Under the pieces are notes generated by a model. The model searched no databases. It worked only from the letters and a program-made list of their open reading frames with translations, and was not told the DNA's origin. From IMG/VR virus record IMGVR_UViG_3300018411_000028, positions 1-59,737 of that record: 59,737 nucleotides of DNA. The stretch is one strand, 5' to 3'. The stretch is from a virus. Below, piece after piece: positions 24,170-34,137 of the stretch. How positions within the stretch are numbered: the first letter of the stretch is position 1; the number at the start of each line of letters is the position of its first letter. The position numbers and the translations under genes are program-made.

Positions 24170-24626
24170 TTGATTTAATCCTGTCGTTCACGGGCTGGGA
24201 AAACGGCAGGAAATCAACACACCAACATAATAATAAATGTTGCAATTATATAAATAAGTTATTCTCTTTTTTTTAATCTTATTACACACTCAAAAAAGTT
24301 ACTTGATTGAAATTTATCGCTGAGACTTTGCCTGACGTCCTGCAAGATACAGGCAAAGTTTCCAACGCAAATTAAGTTAAAGCACTACCACTATTATGGT
24401 ATAAATTACATATGTATATACTACAAAGATAGTAATGGGAAATCCTTATACTTAAACATTGTCATAATAATCGGAGTATATTTATAGTTATTTAAATAAA
24501 ATTCCCCAATTTAAATTCATATTATCTATTTTAAATCCCGTCTAAATATACTTCTAACTAATATAATATCGGAACATATAAACGCTCTCACGATATACCC
24601 TCCTATAAAAACAAGAGGTTGATACT

Positions 24627-24845
24627 GTGACACTTACTTACAGATGCGAACTTCATACAAATCCTAATTACCATCCATCAAGTAGATGTATTGTTGATGC
24701 CGAAGGCCGCGGGCAGTGTGGGGATTTGAATATTAGACATGATTGTATCTGGGGGTCATGGACGAAGTTGGATGAGGGGGAATATCGAGAGGAGATTGGG
24801 AGGAAGTACGGTGAGCGTTTGGGGTTTGTGGATTTGATTTGTTGA
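24627..24845 (+). CDS. Hypothetical Cys-containing protein (72 aa)
   Basis: GTG start after AAGAGG. A T-run follows the stop. Confidence 0.4.
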   Translation: MTLTYRCELHTNPNYHPSSRCIVDAEGRGQCGDLNIRHDCIWGSWTKLDEGEYREEIGRKYGERLGFVDLIC

Positions 24846-24966
24846 GGGGGTTTCTTTTTTTTGATTAATTTCTCATCTTTTTTATAATAATTTTTAAATA
24901 CTCAGTAAGTTACTTATACATATAACGCGTTATGTAACATAGTAACATAGTAACAATGGTGCAAAC

Positions 24967-25197
24967 ATGAATACCGATAGAAATAAACTACAAAGAACAA
25001 CTCTTGAGAAAATCAAGAAATTGAATGACTTGCAGAAAGATGAACTCGTAGACATCGTAATGGCATATACCGAGAAAGCCATCTCCGTGATTAAAGCCCT
25101 ACTAATCCTATTTTCTTTACAGTCGTTGTATCACAACCTATATAATTATTTACTGTATAAGTATATGTATGCAAAAGTATTTAAATGTGTTTGTTAA
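24967..25197 (+). CDS. Hypothetical protein (76 aa)
   Basis: Track ORF. The C-terminal half is low-complexity, so the call is weak. Confidence 0.3.
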   Translation: MNTDRNKLQRTTLEKIKKLNDLQKDELVDIVMAYTEKAISVIKALLILFSLQSLYHNLYNYLLYKYMYAKVFKCVC

Positions 25198-25244
25198 ATT
25201 AAAAAAAGAAAGTTGGAGTGTTCAGGTGACTGAACAGGTTCCTT

Positions 25245-26693
25245 TTAAATTCCTGCTGCCCTTGCGTGCCTGTTGTAGCACTCTTTTGCATTTCTGTCTC
25301 TAAAAGGTATTTTACCAGACATAAATAGCTTACATTGGCTATTCCAATCTTCTCTTGCTTCGTCTACTACTCTTGCTTTTTTGTTTTTCTCATCTATGTT
25401 TCTGAGCTTCAGCTTATGCTGTCTAATATCCTCCTGTATTTTTTCAACCTCTGCTCTTAGTTTTTTAACATGCTCCATGGTTCCAGATACATTAGCTTCC
25501 ATACCGCTAGTATCAGGTGCTTTTCTCTGTCTCATATCTGCAAGGTGCTTTGTGAAGTCATAGTGAACCTTGAGATACTTTTCAATATCATTGCTTAACT
25601 TGTTGTGTTTCTCCTCAAGTTCCTTTATTTTGTTTATTTCAACCTCTTCAGGAGGAAGTTTAACTTTTTTAGCTCTTACTTTCTTTGCTGGTACCTTAGC
25701 AGCTTTCCTTGAAGCTATAATAGCTTTCTGCTCTTGGGTGAGTCTTAAAGACTGTATTGCAGAAGGTCTGTATTTAAAATTATCGCCCATTTTTAGGTTT
25801 TTCTTAGCTGTCCTGCCTTTAGGTTTTTCAGGCTTTGGCAATACTGACGCGCGTCTTATCTTGAATTTTAGTGTATCATAAGGTGATCCGTTTGTTTTTA
25901 TCTCCTTCTTTTCCATGATCTTCTTTGCCTTTGCTATGTATGGTTCAACGTCCTTTCTTGTTGCAATTGCACCTTTAAGGATCTGCCTTTCTACCTGATC
26001 TTTCATACCGTCAGTAAAGTACCTTACAGCATTTGAGTATTTTATCAAAGCCTGCATTTTTCTGCCTTCTGCAAGGTCCACAAGCTCATAAGATTTAATC
26101 TTTTCAGGACTAATCTTTGTTTCTGTGGAAATCACAGTATGAGGCATACGGTTATATCTGAAGTCTTTATCAGATGCTCTTGTGTCTTCATATTTGAAAG
26201 GTACACCAGGGTTAAACCAACTTCCTAGAGGTCTACTAAAGGAAGCATACCTTCTTCTTGTAGATGGTGTAGCTTTCTTAGGCATACTCTTCACAGCAGC
26301 CTTATGCACCATCTTAGCAGGCGTTTTCTTAGTCCGGCTGGATAGTTTTGCAGGTGACTTAATGCTGGAGAGGGAGAACTTAGGCTTACCTGCCTTAACT
26401 TCTTTCTTCTCCACACCCTTCTTAGTATCAACACCAGGATAGTCCAGCTTATGAGGTTGTGCTCTCCACTGAGCTTTAGATACTGCAAGCTTTCCGGTTC
26501 TCTTACTATCATTTGCAAGAGAGTATTTCACCCATACGCCTTTACCAGTATGGAAATATTTGCCATTATCTGCAACACTTCCATATTTTGTGGTAATAGC
26601 TTTAACAGCTTGCGTGGCTGTTTGTGACCTTGTTATTTTAGCTTTTTTCGTTGCTAGGGCTTTGATTTGTCGCCCTGAATATAGACCTTTCAT
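25245..26693 (-). CDS. Large Lys/Arg-rich basic protein (482 aa), function unknown
   Basis: ATG 26693 is preferred because GAGGTG lies within the track's extra 5 codons. Sequence is rich in KK/KAK/KKV runs, with a coiled-coil-like C-terminus. It is the lone minus-strand gene inside the plus-strand arm. Confidence 0.75.
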   Translation of the reverse strand: MKGLYSGRQIKALATKKAKITRSQTATQAVKAITTKYGSVADNGKYFHTGKGVWVKYSLANDSKRTGKLAVSKAQWRAQPHKLDYPGVDTKKGVEKKEVKAGKPKFSLSSIKSPAKLSSRTKKTPAKMVHKAAVKSMPKKATPSTRRRYASFSRPLGSWFNPGVPFKYEDTRASDKDFRYNRMPHTVISTETKISPEKIKSYELVDLAEGRKMQALIKYSNAVRYFTDGMKDQVERQILKGAIATRKDVEPYIAKAKKIMEKKEIKTNGSPYDTLKFKIRRASVLPKPEKPKGRTAKKNLKMGDNFKYRPSAIQSLRLTQEQKAIIASRKAAKVPAKKVRAKKVKLPPEEVEINKIKELEEKHNKLSNDIEKYLKVHYDFTKHLADMRQRKAPDTSGMEANVSGTMEHVKKLRAEVEKIQEDIRQHKLKLRNIDEKNKKARVVDEAREDWNSQCKLFMSGKIPFRDRNAKECYNRHARAAGI

Positions 26694-26808
26694 TTGTGTA
26701 CACCTCATAATTATATAGGCTGTTAAGATATTTAAGTTTATGGTTTATAAATGTTTCTATTAAGTATATCTGATAAGCTATAAATATAATAATAGTATAT
26801 CCATTGTG

Positions 26809-27111
26809 ATGAAAACAAACACATTCTACGGAGACTGCAAGCACCTAAACTTACCCGATGGAGAAACAGAGTGCTTTTGCAGTCGAAGGCACAAATGGAT
26901 AACTGATTGCAAATACTGTAAATCATTTGAAACATGCCTAGAGCCTGGAGCTGAGAGCTTATGCATTACCTGTGCTTTCTGTACTCCTGCACCTGAAGAG
27001 AAGAAGCGGATAGGGAAGTATATTTGCGTGCATGAGATTTACCCTAGTAAGGTAAGACCACACTACGTGAAGGGGTTGAAAAGCTGCAGGCTGTACAGGC
27101 GTAAGGTGTGA
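26809..27111 (+). CDS. Cys-rich protein (100 aa)
   Basis: CKHL...ECFCSRRHKWITDCKYCKSFETC...CITCAFC. Multiple CxxC-like pairs suggest zinc binding. Confidence 0.5.
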   Translation: MKTNTFYGDCKHLNLPDGETECFCSRRHKWITDCKYCKSFETCLEPGAESLCITCAFCTPAPEEKKRIGKYICVHEIYPSKVRPHYVKGLKSCRLYRRKV

Positions 27112-27433
27112 GTTTAATTTAACCTTAACCTACTTTTTTAATTTTTATTTTCAGGCTGTTTCTTAGAATTTTGTTCTTTTAACTGAAAGTATCGAAACAC
27201 CTTAAAACGTCTTATCAAACGAGCCTTTTAGACATCAAAAACTAGATATACAGTTTTATATAGTTTTTGTGACATCAAATACTTTTTAGGAATTTCTTTG
27301 CAGAACTTGCACAAACCTTAATATATCCTGTTATATGAAACAGTGTTTCATTTATCATACTGTACGCAAGCTATATATACGATAAATTACATATTACAGT
27401 ATATAGCATAAATTGATAATAGGTGAGGCTGCT

Positions 27434-27667
27434 ATGGATTGGGAGTATATAGGTACACCAAATAAGGTTTTTGTAGATGTTATGCCTTGCGTAATTAGGT
27501 CGCTGCAAAAAAGGGTTAAAAAGAATTATAGCTTGTGTATAGTATTTTTCATAGGAAAAAAATATACTTACAAGGCAGTTCCTGAAAGTGGATCAGTATT
27601 TATATATCGTATAAATAAAAAATACTGTACTAGACACGATGTAGCAGTAATCTGCGGAGAATATTAA
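27434..27667 (+). CDS. Hypothetical protein (77 aa)
   Basis: ATG 27434 follows AGGTGAGG. The track start at 27413 is a TTG. Confidence 0.4.
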   Translation: MDWEYIGTPNKVFVDVMPCVIRSLQKRVKKNYSLCIVFFIGKKYTYKAVPESGSVFIYRINKKYCTRHDVAVICGEY

Positions 27668-27912
27668 CATTTTCTTTTTTATTGTTATAAACAAGCTTTA
27701 AACATTTTACATTTTAGATCCAGAGAGATTTGTAGGTTAGGTATATTTAACGCTGTGTCCGACTTCCCATAATAAAGGACAAAAACTTATGAAATTTTCT
27801 CTTTTCAGGTGTTAGCTTATAAAGCCGAAAAGTATTTATCCTTTGGTGTCCTATATTATTGTAAAGTAGGAAAAACATTTACAAAATAAAATTTAGAAAG
27901 TCTGGGAATTAT

Positions 27913-28449
27913 ATGGGCGATGGTCAACCGGTTTTAATAGGTGTTTTCATACTTTGTTTCATGGTGTATGGGTATGCCGAAGAAAATTTCATTCTTGGAG
28001 ATGAATACGAGAAAGGAATAACAACCTACGGGGCAACTTTCGTAGGAGCAGATGGACACGAAATCAAACTTCTCGAATGTAAGAACGCGACCGATGCTTC
28101 ATACAATGAAGTCATCGCGTTTATAAAAGCCGACAAGACGGATAAGAGGGCTTATACACAAAACTATCAATGTGGTGACTTTGCGGAAACAGTGCAACAC
28201 AACGCTGAAATCCATGGGATAAACTGCGGAATAGTTATAATCGAGGGAATAAATCACGCATGCAACGTATTCAATACAACTGACAGGGGGTTGTTATTCG
28301 TTGACTGTACAAACGGCAATGGCGGTGGATCATGGGATACCACAGTAAACATCAAAGAAGGAAAACAATACATACCAAAACCTGTTAAATCGAATGGGTA
28401 CACATACGAATCAATGGGAATTGTAACGAGTTATGAAATATATTGGTGA
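27913..28449 (+). CDS. Secreted/TM-anchored protein with transglutaminase-like Cys-His-Asp pattern
   Basis: N-terminal hydrophobic segment. YQCGDFAETVQHNAEIHGINCGIVII...INHACNVFNTTDRGLLFVD resembles the C...H...D core of transglutaminase-like cysteine peptidases. Assessed by eye only. Confidence 0.45.
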   Translation: MGDGQPVLIGVFILCFMVYGYAEENFILGDEYEKGITTYGATFVGADGHEIKLLECKNATDASYNEVIAFIKADKTDKRAYTQNYQCGDFAETVQHNAEIHGINCGIVIIEGINHACNVFNTTDRGLLFVDCTNGNGGGSWDTTVNIKEGKQYIPKPVKSNGYTYESMGIVTSYEIYW

Positions 28450-28489
28450 TACATAAACGTAAACACATGCAACAGGACGTGAGATATAT

Positions 28490-29056
28490 ATGAACAATCA
28501 ACTAAAACATATACTAATATTTACTGCAATAATCTTAATAACCGGATGCGTAGAAAACGAAAACACAAATTTAAACGAAACCGACACAACAAATTTATCT
28601 ATGCAATACAGCGCAACAGAAGAGCAACTTAACCTAGACGAACAGTTTAATATTGAACATGCAAAACAAATGTCCGAGTTGTGTACACAATCGTATTATC
28701 AGATATATACAAACAAAAACAGTGCAGAATTTGATAGGATCGTTTCGTCTGCGTGGTTTGGAGCGTGCCCTCTGTCAGAAGAAGATTACAAAGCATATGT
28801 ACAATCATACTTCGATACAATCGACTTGCTCGGGGAATTTGACTATAACATGGAAAACGCGATTGTATCAACAAAAAACAAAACCCCCGCACAGAACGCG
28901 TCAATAATTTCACATAGGAACTGTGTGTTAAACAACATATCCAACGTCAATGCCGTCGTGAGTTACACTACAAACAAAAATCGTCTAAGAATGTCAGAGA
29001 CAAACGTAAATTGGTACTTTAATTACATCGATGAGAACGAACAGAACGCCGCTTGA
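28490..29056 (+). CDS. Putative lipoprotein (188 aa)
   Basis: Signal peptide ending in the lipobox-like LITGC. Asn/Thr/Gln-rich mature part. Confidence 0.6.
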   Translation: MNNQLKHILIFTAIILITGCVENENTNLNETDTTNLSMQYSATEEQLNLDEQFNIEHAKQMSELCTQSYYQIYTNKNSAEFDRIVSSAWFGACPLSEEDYKAYVQSYFDTIDLLGEFDYNMENAIVSTKNKTPAQNASIISHRNCVLNNISNVNAVVSYTTNKNRLRMSETNVNWYFNYIDENEQNAA

Positions 29057-29434
29057 ATGTGTCAATTCGAAACGTTGTACAATACACAAGAGGAACTTTT
29101 ATGCATATCCAGCACAACGACATAAAAATGATGTGTTCAATTGGGCAATCTGATAACAATGCACAAACACGATGGAAAAAAATGAATTGGTATGCAGTGA
29201 GCAGGTCGCATGACATAATACACACGCACGGAAGAAAAGGGCATGTGCAACGTCAACGATACCGCCACAAACTATGGCAAATAGTTCAAAACAAATATCC
29301 AGAATCACGGATATATAAAATCCCGTATAGTATACGCGGTAATAGTCAATGCAAAATTAAAATAAAATACAGAATAATTAACAAATTAAAGAACAGTTGG
29401 ATTTCAAAAATATTTGGAAACAAACGGTGAAACA

Positions 29435-30016
29435 ATGCTTCAAAAAAGAACAAGGTACACAACTGGAGAAAAAGCCCTAACAAAGTCAGAGTGGGAAAAG
29501 CTCCAAATCTGTATAGACAACCTTGAGGATGAGGTTCTATTCAAGCTGGCAATCTCTGCAGGAATACGTAGAGAGGATATAGGGTATAGTAAGAAACATA
29601 ATACAGGCATAAGGCTTTCTGATATTACGGAGCTCCCTAATGGCTCTGGAAAACTAAAGTTTATGGAGCACAAGAAAAACCGGATTCATGAAGTCCCGCT
29701 TTCAAGGGAGATGATGCGGATTATTAAATTGTTAGTGAACTCAAGGGATAAAAAAAGTTCTTCACCATTCTTGATAACTTATTCAGGAAGAACATGCTTT
29801 AGAAGATTGCAGGAATACTGTGATAAGGCAGAAATCCCAAGAAGACCTTTCCACGCATTAAGGGCAACATGTGTAAAGTTCTGCCAGGCTGCAGGATGGA
29901 GAGTTGAGGAGGTTGCCAAGCTCACAGGTGACACAATTGCAGTTATTCAGGAACACTATTCAACACCCAATGAAGGGGAAATGCAAGAAGTAGTTGATAA
30001 GAAAACGATTATTTAA
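29435..30016 (+). CDS. Tyrosine recombinase / integrase (short form, 193 aa)
   Basis: GIRREDIGY (Arg I), FHALRATCV (H-x-x-R), IQEHYSTP (catalytic Tyr candidate). ATG 29435 is preferred to TTG 29414. Confidence 0.8.
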   Translation: MLQKRTRYTTGEKALTKSEWEKLQICIDNLEDEVLFKLAISAGIRREDIGYSKKHNTGIRLSDITELPNGSGKLKFMEHKKNRIHEVPLSREMMRIIKLLVNSRDKKSSSPFLITYSGRTCFRRLQEYCDKAEIPRRPFHALRATCVKFCQAAGWRVEEVAKLTGDTIAVIQEHYSTPNEGEMQEVVDKKTII

Positions 30017-30066
30017 AGAAGAACAGAACACAATAAACAATTTAGGTATAAGGTTTAGGTGATAAT

Positions 30067-30264
30067 ATGACAGTAGAATTTAAAGCTTTAAACAAAATTA
30101 TAGAAGATTTATATAACGAAGATCTGGTGTGTCCTTACTGCGGAGCTAAGCAGCAGGATACATGGGAATTAGACGAAGGTGAAGGAGAAATTGAATGTCT
30201 AGCTTGCGAAAAGACATTTAAATTTACTAAAGAGTATATCGTTAAATTCAGAGTTACAGAATAA
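30067..30264 (+). CDS. Zinc-ribbon protein (65 aa)
   Basis: CPYCGAKQ ... CLACEK. TAGGTGAT RBS. Confidence 0.6.
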   Translation: MTVEFKALNKIIEDLYNEDLVCPYCGAKQQDTWELDEGEGEIECLACEKTFKFTKEYIVKFRVTE

Positions 30265-30337
30265 GGCTTAGGTGATTTCATGGTATTTAGGTATAAGATT
30301 CAGGTGACGTCAAAACGATTGAACTGAATGTGATAAT

Positions 30338-30508
30338 ATGGACGAAGAAATAACTGAAACAGAATACAGAGAGGAATTTAGAAACTATTACAAATGCATA
30401 ATCCTTAACACAAAATGCATTTATAACAACTGCCAGGACTGCACTACAGGTATTGCTTTTAGAAAGGGTGTTGCATGGGAACAGATAAGGCAGAAATGGA
30501 GCAGATAA
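30338..30508 (+). CDS. Small Cys-rich protein (56 aa)
   Basis: YYKCIILNTKCIYNNCQDC. Co-oriented with its neighbours and replaces the 83-aa antisense track ORF. Confidence 0.4.
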   Translation: MDEEITETEYREEFRNYYKCIILNTKCIYNNCQDCTTGIAFRKGVAWEQIRQKWSR

Positions 30509-30559
30509 CTTTATAAACAATGAAAGCGTAGAACACATAAAGAAAGGTTAGGCGGTTAC

Positions 30560-30823
30560 ATGGGAACAAACTATTACATTGGAGATAAGCACCTGGGCAA
30601 ATCTTCGTGTGGTTGGAGATTTACCTTCAGGTATTACAAACAGCATAAATCAATAAAAGATGTAAAGAAGAAGTTTAAATCTGGAAAAATTATAGATGAA
30701 TATGGAGAAGAAATATCCTTTAAAGAGCTTTGGGATAAAATAGAGGCTAAACAGTCAGGTAAAAAACATTCAAACTGTATTACAATTGATGGTTATGACT
30801 TCCTGAATGTAAATTTTAGCTAA
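30560..30823 (+). CDS. Hypothetical protein (87 aa)
   Basis: Track ORF, co-oriented with neighbours. Confidence 0.5.
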   Translation: MGTNYYIGDKHLGKSSCGWRFTFRYYKQHKSIKDVKKKFKSGKIIDEYGEEISFKELWDKIEAKQSGKKHSNCITIDGYDFLNVNFS

Positions 30824-30926
30824 TTACACTAATTTCAGAGGTATAAACACACCAGACTGTAAAACAAATTGAACCTTGAGCCTCTCAGTGGCTCGTAGGA
30901 GACTGTAGACGAAAATAGGTGGTATA

Positions 30927-31193
30927 ATGGACAAAGACGCACTACTAACAAAATTACAGGATATTTACAAGATAATTGATGCTTTAATGATTGCAGCATT
31001 TGCATATTTTACGTCTATATTCCTACTTGTGCTTATGTGGCAGAACTTTGACCCACTTGCACCAGCTTTAGAAGCTGACCGTGTGACAGCATTTGCAAGA
31101 TCATTTGAGTATTACACATATATTGTGGGGTGGATTACTGTTACAAGAGTACTTACAGCATTTAAAATATTTTTCTTTCCAAAGGTGGTATAA
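30927..31193 (+). CDS. Membrane protein (88 aa)
   Basis: GGTGGTATA-ATG start. Two hydrophobic helices. Confidence 0.65.
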   Translation: MDKDALLTKLQDIYKIIDALMIAAFAYFTSIFLLVLMWQNFDPLAPALEADRVTAFARSFEYYTYIVGWITVTRVLTAFKIFFFPKVV

Positions 31194-31321
31194 TGAAAAT
31201 ACGACTACTGAATAAACCTGAAACCGAGGAAGAGTGCAATTCAATAAAAGCGTGTAATAATTGTGTGTACTGGTATTCTCCAGACTGCCCAGACTTTAAT
31301 GATCCTGATGAGGTGGTATAA
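31193..31321 (+). CDS. Small Cys-rich protein (42 aa)
   Basis: GGTGGTATA-ATG start with TAATG overlaps on both sides. EECNSIKACNNCVYWYSPDCPDF. Confidence 0.5.
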   Translation: MKIRLLNKPETEEECNSIKACNNCVYWYSPDCPDFNDPDEVV

Positions 31322-32349
31322 TGGGCATAACAAGAGAATCATTTGTGGACCTTAAAGCAATTGACAATACCAGAGCTCAAGAACTTGTAAATGATGATAA
31401 CAGCGTATTTGAAAGAAAGTATGACGGGACTGCAGGTATAATTAATGTGGACATTGAAGCAGAAGAGTATAAGATTTTTGGCAGGGGTATTCTTAAGGAT
31501 GGATCTCAGCAGGAATACACTGATACATTCCCTGATTTACTGCCAAGCATAGAAAAGTTTTGTGAGTTATTCACCAATATCCTAGAATGTAAGAGTATCA
31601 CTCTCCTAGGAGAAATTGTAGTCCTTGACTCTGAAGGTAATGAGTCTTTCAAAGGTATTGAGAGCAGGTGCAACCGGAAAAAAGATATTGACCTGTATGC
31701 TAAAAAGTTTCCTGCTCAATTTATGATATTTGATATTCTGAACTGTAATAACTTCACACTCTGTAACTTACCTTTCGGTGCTCGCAGGCTTACGCTGGAC
31801 TCCCACAAGACACTTATAGAAGAAACTGATAGACTTAAATTAATTGAACAAAGGTTGTACCCAATAGGCAAGCAAGATCTTCTGGATAGAGTCAACTCTG
31901 GCAAGTACGGGTTTGAAGGAATAGTTGTTAAAGACCTGAGAGCTCCGTATTCAGAAAGTGCATTGAAGTATAAATACAAGAAAACAGAAGATGTTTTTTG
32001 GGAGGGTGCCTACAAAGAAGGAAAAGGCAAGCACGAAGGTAGAGTAGGCAGTCTTGTATGTTACCAGTACATTAATGGAAAGAAGATAGAGGTTGCACAG
32101 GTAGGAGGAGGACTTACTGACAGCCTAAGAGATGAACTTATGCAGATGATAGAAAAGGGTGATGTGTCAGCAGAGAACCCCAGGACGCTTGAGGTCCAGA
32201 CACATGAGCTCTTACCGAGTGGTAAGATGAGATACCCTAACTTTGTAAGGTGGAGATTTGATAAGAGCCCTGTCCAGTGTACCAGAGAGCTTAAACAGTC
32301 TGAGCATGTGGCACAGAAGGTTAAGCAAAGTTTGAATGATTGGTTTTAA
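31321..32349 (+). CDS. ATP-dependent DNA ligase
   Basis: GGTGGTATA-ATG start. Motif I ERKYDGTAG (KxDG), LLGEIVVLD, FMIFDIL, EGIVVKD, LKYKYKK. Confidence 0.9.
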   Translation: MGITRESFVDLKAIDNTRAQELVNDDNSVFERKYDGTAGIINVDIEAEEYKIFGRGILKDGSQQEYTDTFPDLLPSIEKFCELFTNILECKSITLLGEIVVLDSEGNESFKGIESRCNRKKDIDLYAKKFPAQFMIFDILNCNNFTLCNLPFGARRLTLDSHKTLIEETDRLKLIEQRLYPIGKQDLLDRVNSGKYGFEGIVVKDLRAPYSESALKYKYKKTEDVFWEGAYKEGKGKHEGRVGSLVCYQYINGKKIEVAQVGGGLTDSLRDELMQMIEKGDVSAENPRTLEVQTHELLPSGKMRYPNFVRWRFDKSPVQCTRELKQSEHVAQKVKQSLNDWF

Positions 32350-32443
32350 TCAGTGATAGGCACTTAAACCTATCATTGTTTCCTATTATTTTATATACTG
32401 TTACTGCATAGAACTTGTATAGGAAATTTATACAGGTGGTTTA

Positions 32444-32677
32444 GTGGATTACACTTTTTGTAAAACTGACATAACAGAGCAGCTTACAACCTATCTCACA
32501 AAGACAGGCTTTCTAGGACATCAGGCAATTGTAGCAGAGGACACGCAGGAAGTCAAGACTTACGTGCTTTGTGATGAGAACAATATGCCTTACTACGATA
32601 GTCAGTGTATAGAAGATGTTCTGAACTACATTGATATGAACGCTGTAGCTAAGCTGCATATGGAAGCACGCCAGTAA
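32444..32677 (+). CDS. Hypothetical protein (77 aa)
   Basis: GTG start after AGGTGGTTTA. Last gene of the plus-strand arm. Confidence 0.5.
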   Translation: MDYTFCKTDITEQLTTYLTKTGFLGHQAIVAEDTQEVKTYVLCDENNMPYYDSQCIEDVLNYIDMNAVAKLHMEARQ

Positions 32678-32680
32678 ATA

Positions 32681-32717
32681 GCTATTCATACCTTGAATAG
32701 CAAGTTTCTTTCTTTTT
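32681..32717 (+). terminator. Hairpin plus T-rich tract at the convergence of the two arms
   Basis: gctattca-tacct-tgaatagc followed by aagtttctttcttttt. Confidence 0.5.
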
Positions 32718-32958
32718 AACTCCTTCTCAACCAATGCTTTTTTAAATGATGCCTACCACTTGCGTATGGTGATTATGATAGCCACCGTAGCAACAAACCC
32801 CAGGCATACAGTATGCCCTTTGATGTGTTGCCCATGTATGATTACATGTGAGCTGTATGATGAGAATAGAAAAGAGTGCTGCATTAGATCACTGTCAATT
32901 GCAGTGTGGGATATAGGAGGTATAATGAGAAATAAAAAGTAATGGTTGTGGAGTCAGG

Positions 32959-34020
32959 TTAATCCTGGCTCTTTTCTTTTTTAGTCCTCCATACAGGCGC
33001 AGGGTGTGTAAGGTAAGTCCAGTACAACTTAATTGCTTGTTTATCTCTGCTTTCTGCAGGTGTATTGTTAAAGTACCACTCAAGAGCCCTTGTATTAATT
33101 TCTGCCATACCTTTACCTGTGTTCCCATTATGAGGTATAGACACATGTAACTCTTTAGGAATGTGTATTACAATATCATTATCCTTATACTTTGGATCGT
33201 TTGTATATCTTAGGTGGTGTTTCACAGCTCCAGAGAAATTCTTATTTATAGGCTTAAATCCTAGTCCTCTTCTTTTAAATGCGTGCTTTGCGTCTACTGC
33301 TTGTACGCTTTCTTTCTGTGCTGGATCTTTCCTTCTGTTCTTTCTCTGTTCTAGTATGGTATTATGTACTGCAGGGTTATGGTACCTTGCAAGACTCCGG
33401 TTTATCTTACTCTCTTTGTATGCCAAGTCACTACTGTACTTCTTCCTATCTCTGCATCTAGTGCGTTCTTTAACGTCAGCTTTACCATGATAATCTTTAG
33501 CCCATGCTTTAGCGTGTAGCTTAAATTTATCGGTTGACTTATAAACCTTCAAAGCCTCTGTGTGTGATTCTTTGTACTCCTTGTTATACTGCTTCTGTTT
33601 CTCTTTATTAATAGGGTCATTACTATACTTTTTATTATACTGTCTAATCTTTTCTCTATTCTCAGGCTTGCTATAGTATTCTTTATTATGTACTTTAGCA
33701 TACTCCCTAGATCTCTTTATTATTTCAGGTCTGCTGTTATACTCTTTTATCTTCTTCTTTCCTTCTTCGCTGTCTCTTCTCTTCTGCTCTCGTTCTCGTT
33801 TCTTTCTTCTTTCATCTTCCCCTTGTGTCCTTTTTACTTCATATGCTGCTCTGCAAACTTTACAGGCAGCTTGAAATTTATCTCCTGCAGGAGAATACTC
33901 AGACACAGGCTTAACAGCCTTACACATACTACAGCGTTTATGCAAAACTCCATTAATAGTCTCATATACCTTGATCAAATCTATCACCTTATAGTCTACA
34001 TAATAGTACATCTGTTTCAA
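32959..34020 (-). CDS. Zn-ribbon / basic-repeat protein with C-terminal HNH-like His-rich motif (paralogue of 38226..39023)
   Basis: CSMCKAVKPVSEYSPAGDKFQAACKVCRAAY, then Lys/Glu/Tyr/Asn-rich repeats (KEYNSRPE, KEYYSKPEN, KKYSNDPINKEK, KEYKESH). C-terminus KRRGLGFKPINKNFSGAVKHHL...IHIPKELHVSIPHN. Confidence 0.7.
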   Translation of the reverse strand: MKQMYYYVDYKVIDLIKVYETINGVLHKRCSMCKAVKPVSEYSPAGDKFQAACKVCRAAYEVKRTQGEDERRKKREREQKRRDSEEGKKKIKEYNSRPEIIKRSREYAKVHNKEYYSKPENREKIRQYNKKYSNDPINKEKQKQYNKEYKESHTEALKVYKSTDKFKLHAKAWAKDYHGKADVKERTRCRDRKKYSSDLAYKESKINRSLARYHNPAVHNTILEQRKNRRKDPAQKESVQAVDAKHAFKRRGLGFKPINKNFSGAVKHHLRYTNDPKYKDNDIVIHIPKELHVSIPHNGNTGKGMAEINTRALEWYFNNTPAESRDKQAIKLYWTYLTHPAPVWRTKKEKSQD

Positions 34021-34137
34021 AAGAGAAAAGTTGAGTATATTTGCGATTCACAGTGTTAACAGTCTAAAAGGTTACTTTCTTCGGAATTGTTAGTTATTAG
34101 GAGGAGTGATAGTAAAAATTGAAGGAACATGGAACAT

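Noticed and set aside
29019-29430. ORFs of 68-125 aa in the A-rich spacer upstream of the integrase
   Set aside because: No RBS, skewed low-complexity composition and mutually overlapping frames. More likely a non-coding att/regulatory spacer or a decayed gene. Not called.
32760-33146. 60-aa plus-strand and 83-aa minus-strand ORFs at the convergence zone
   Set aside because: No RBS. One starts at a non-ATG codon. The other overlaps the end of 32959..34020 in another frame.
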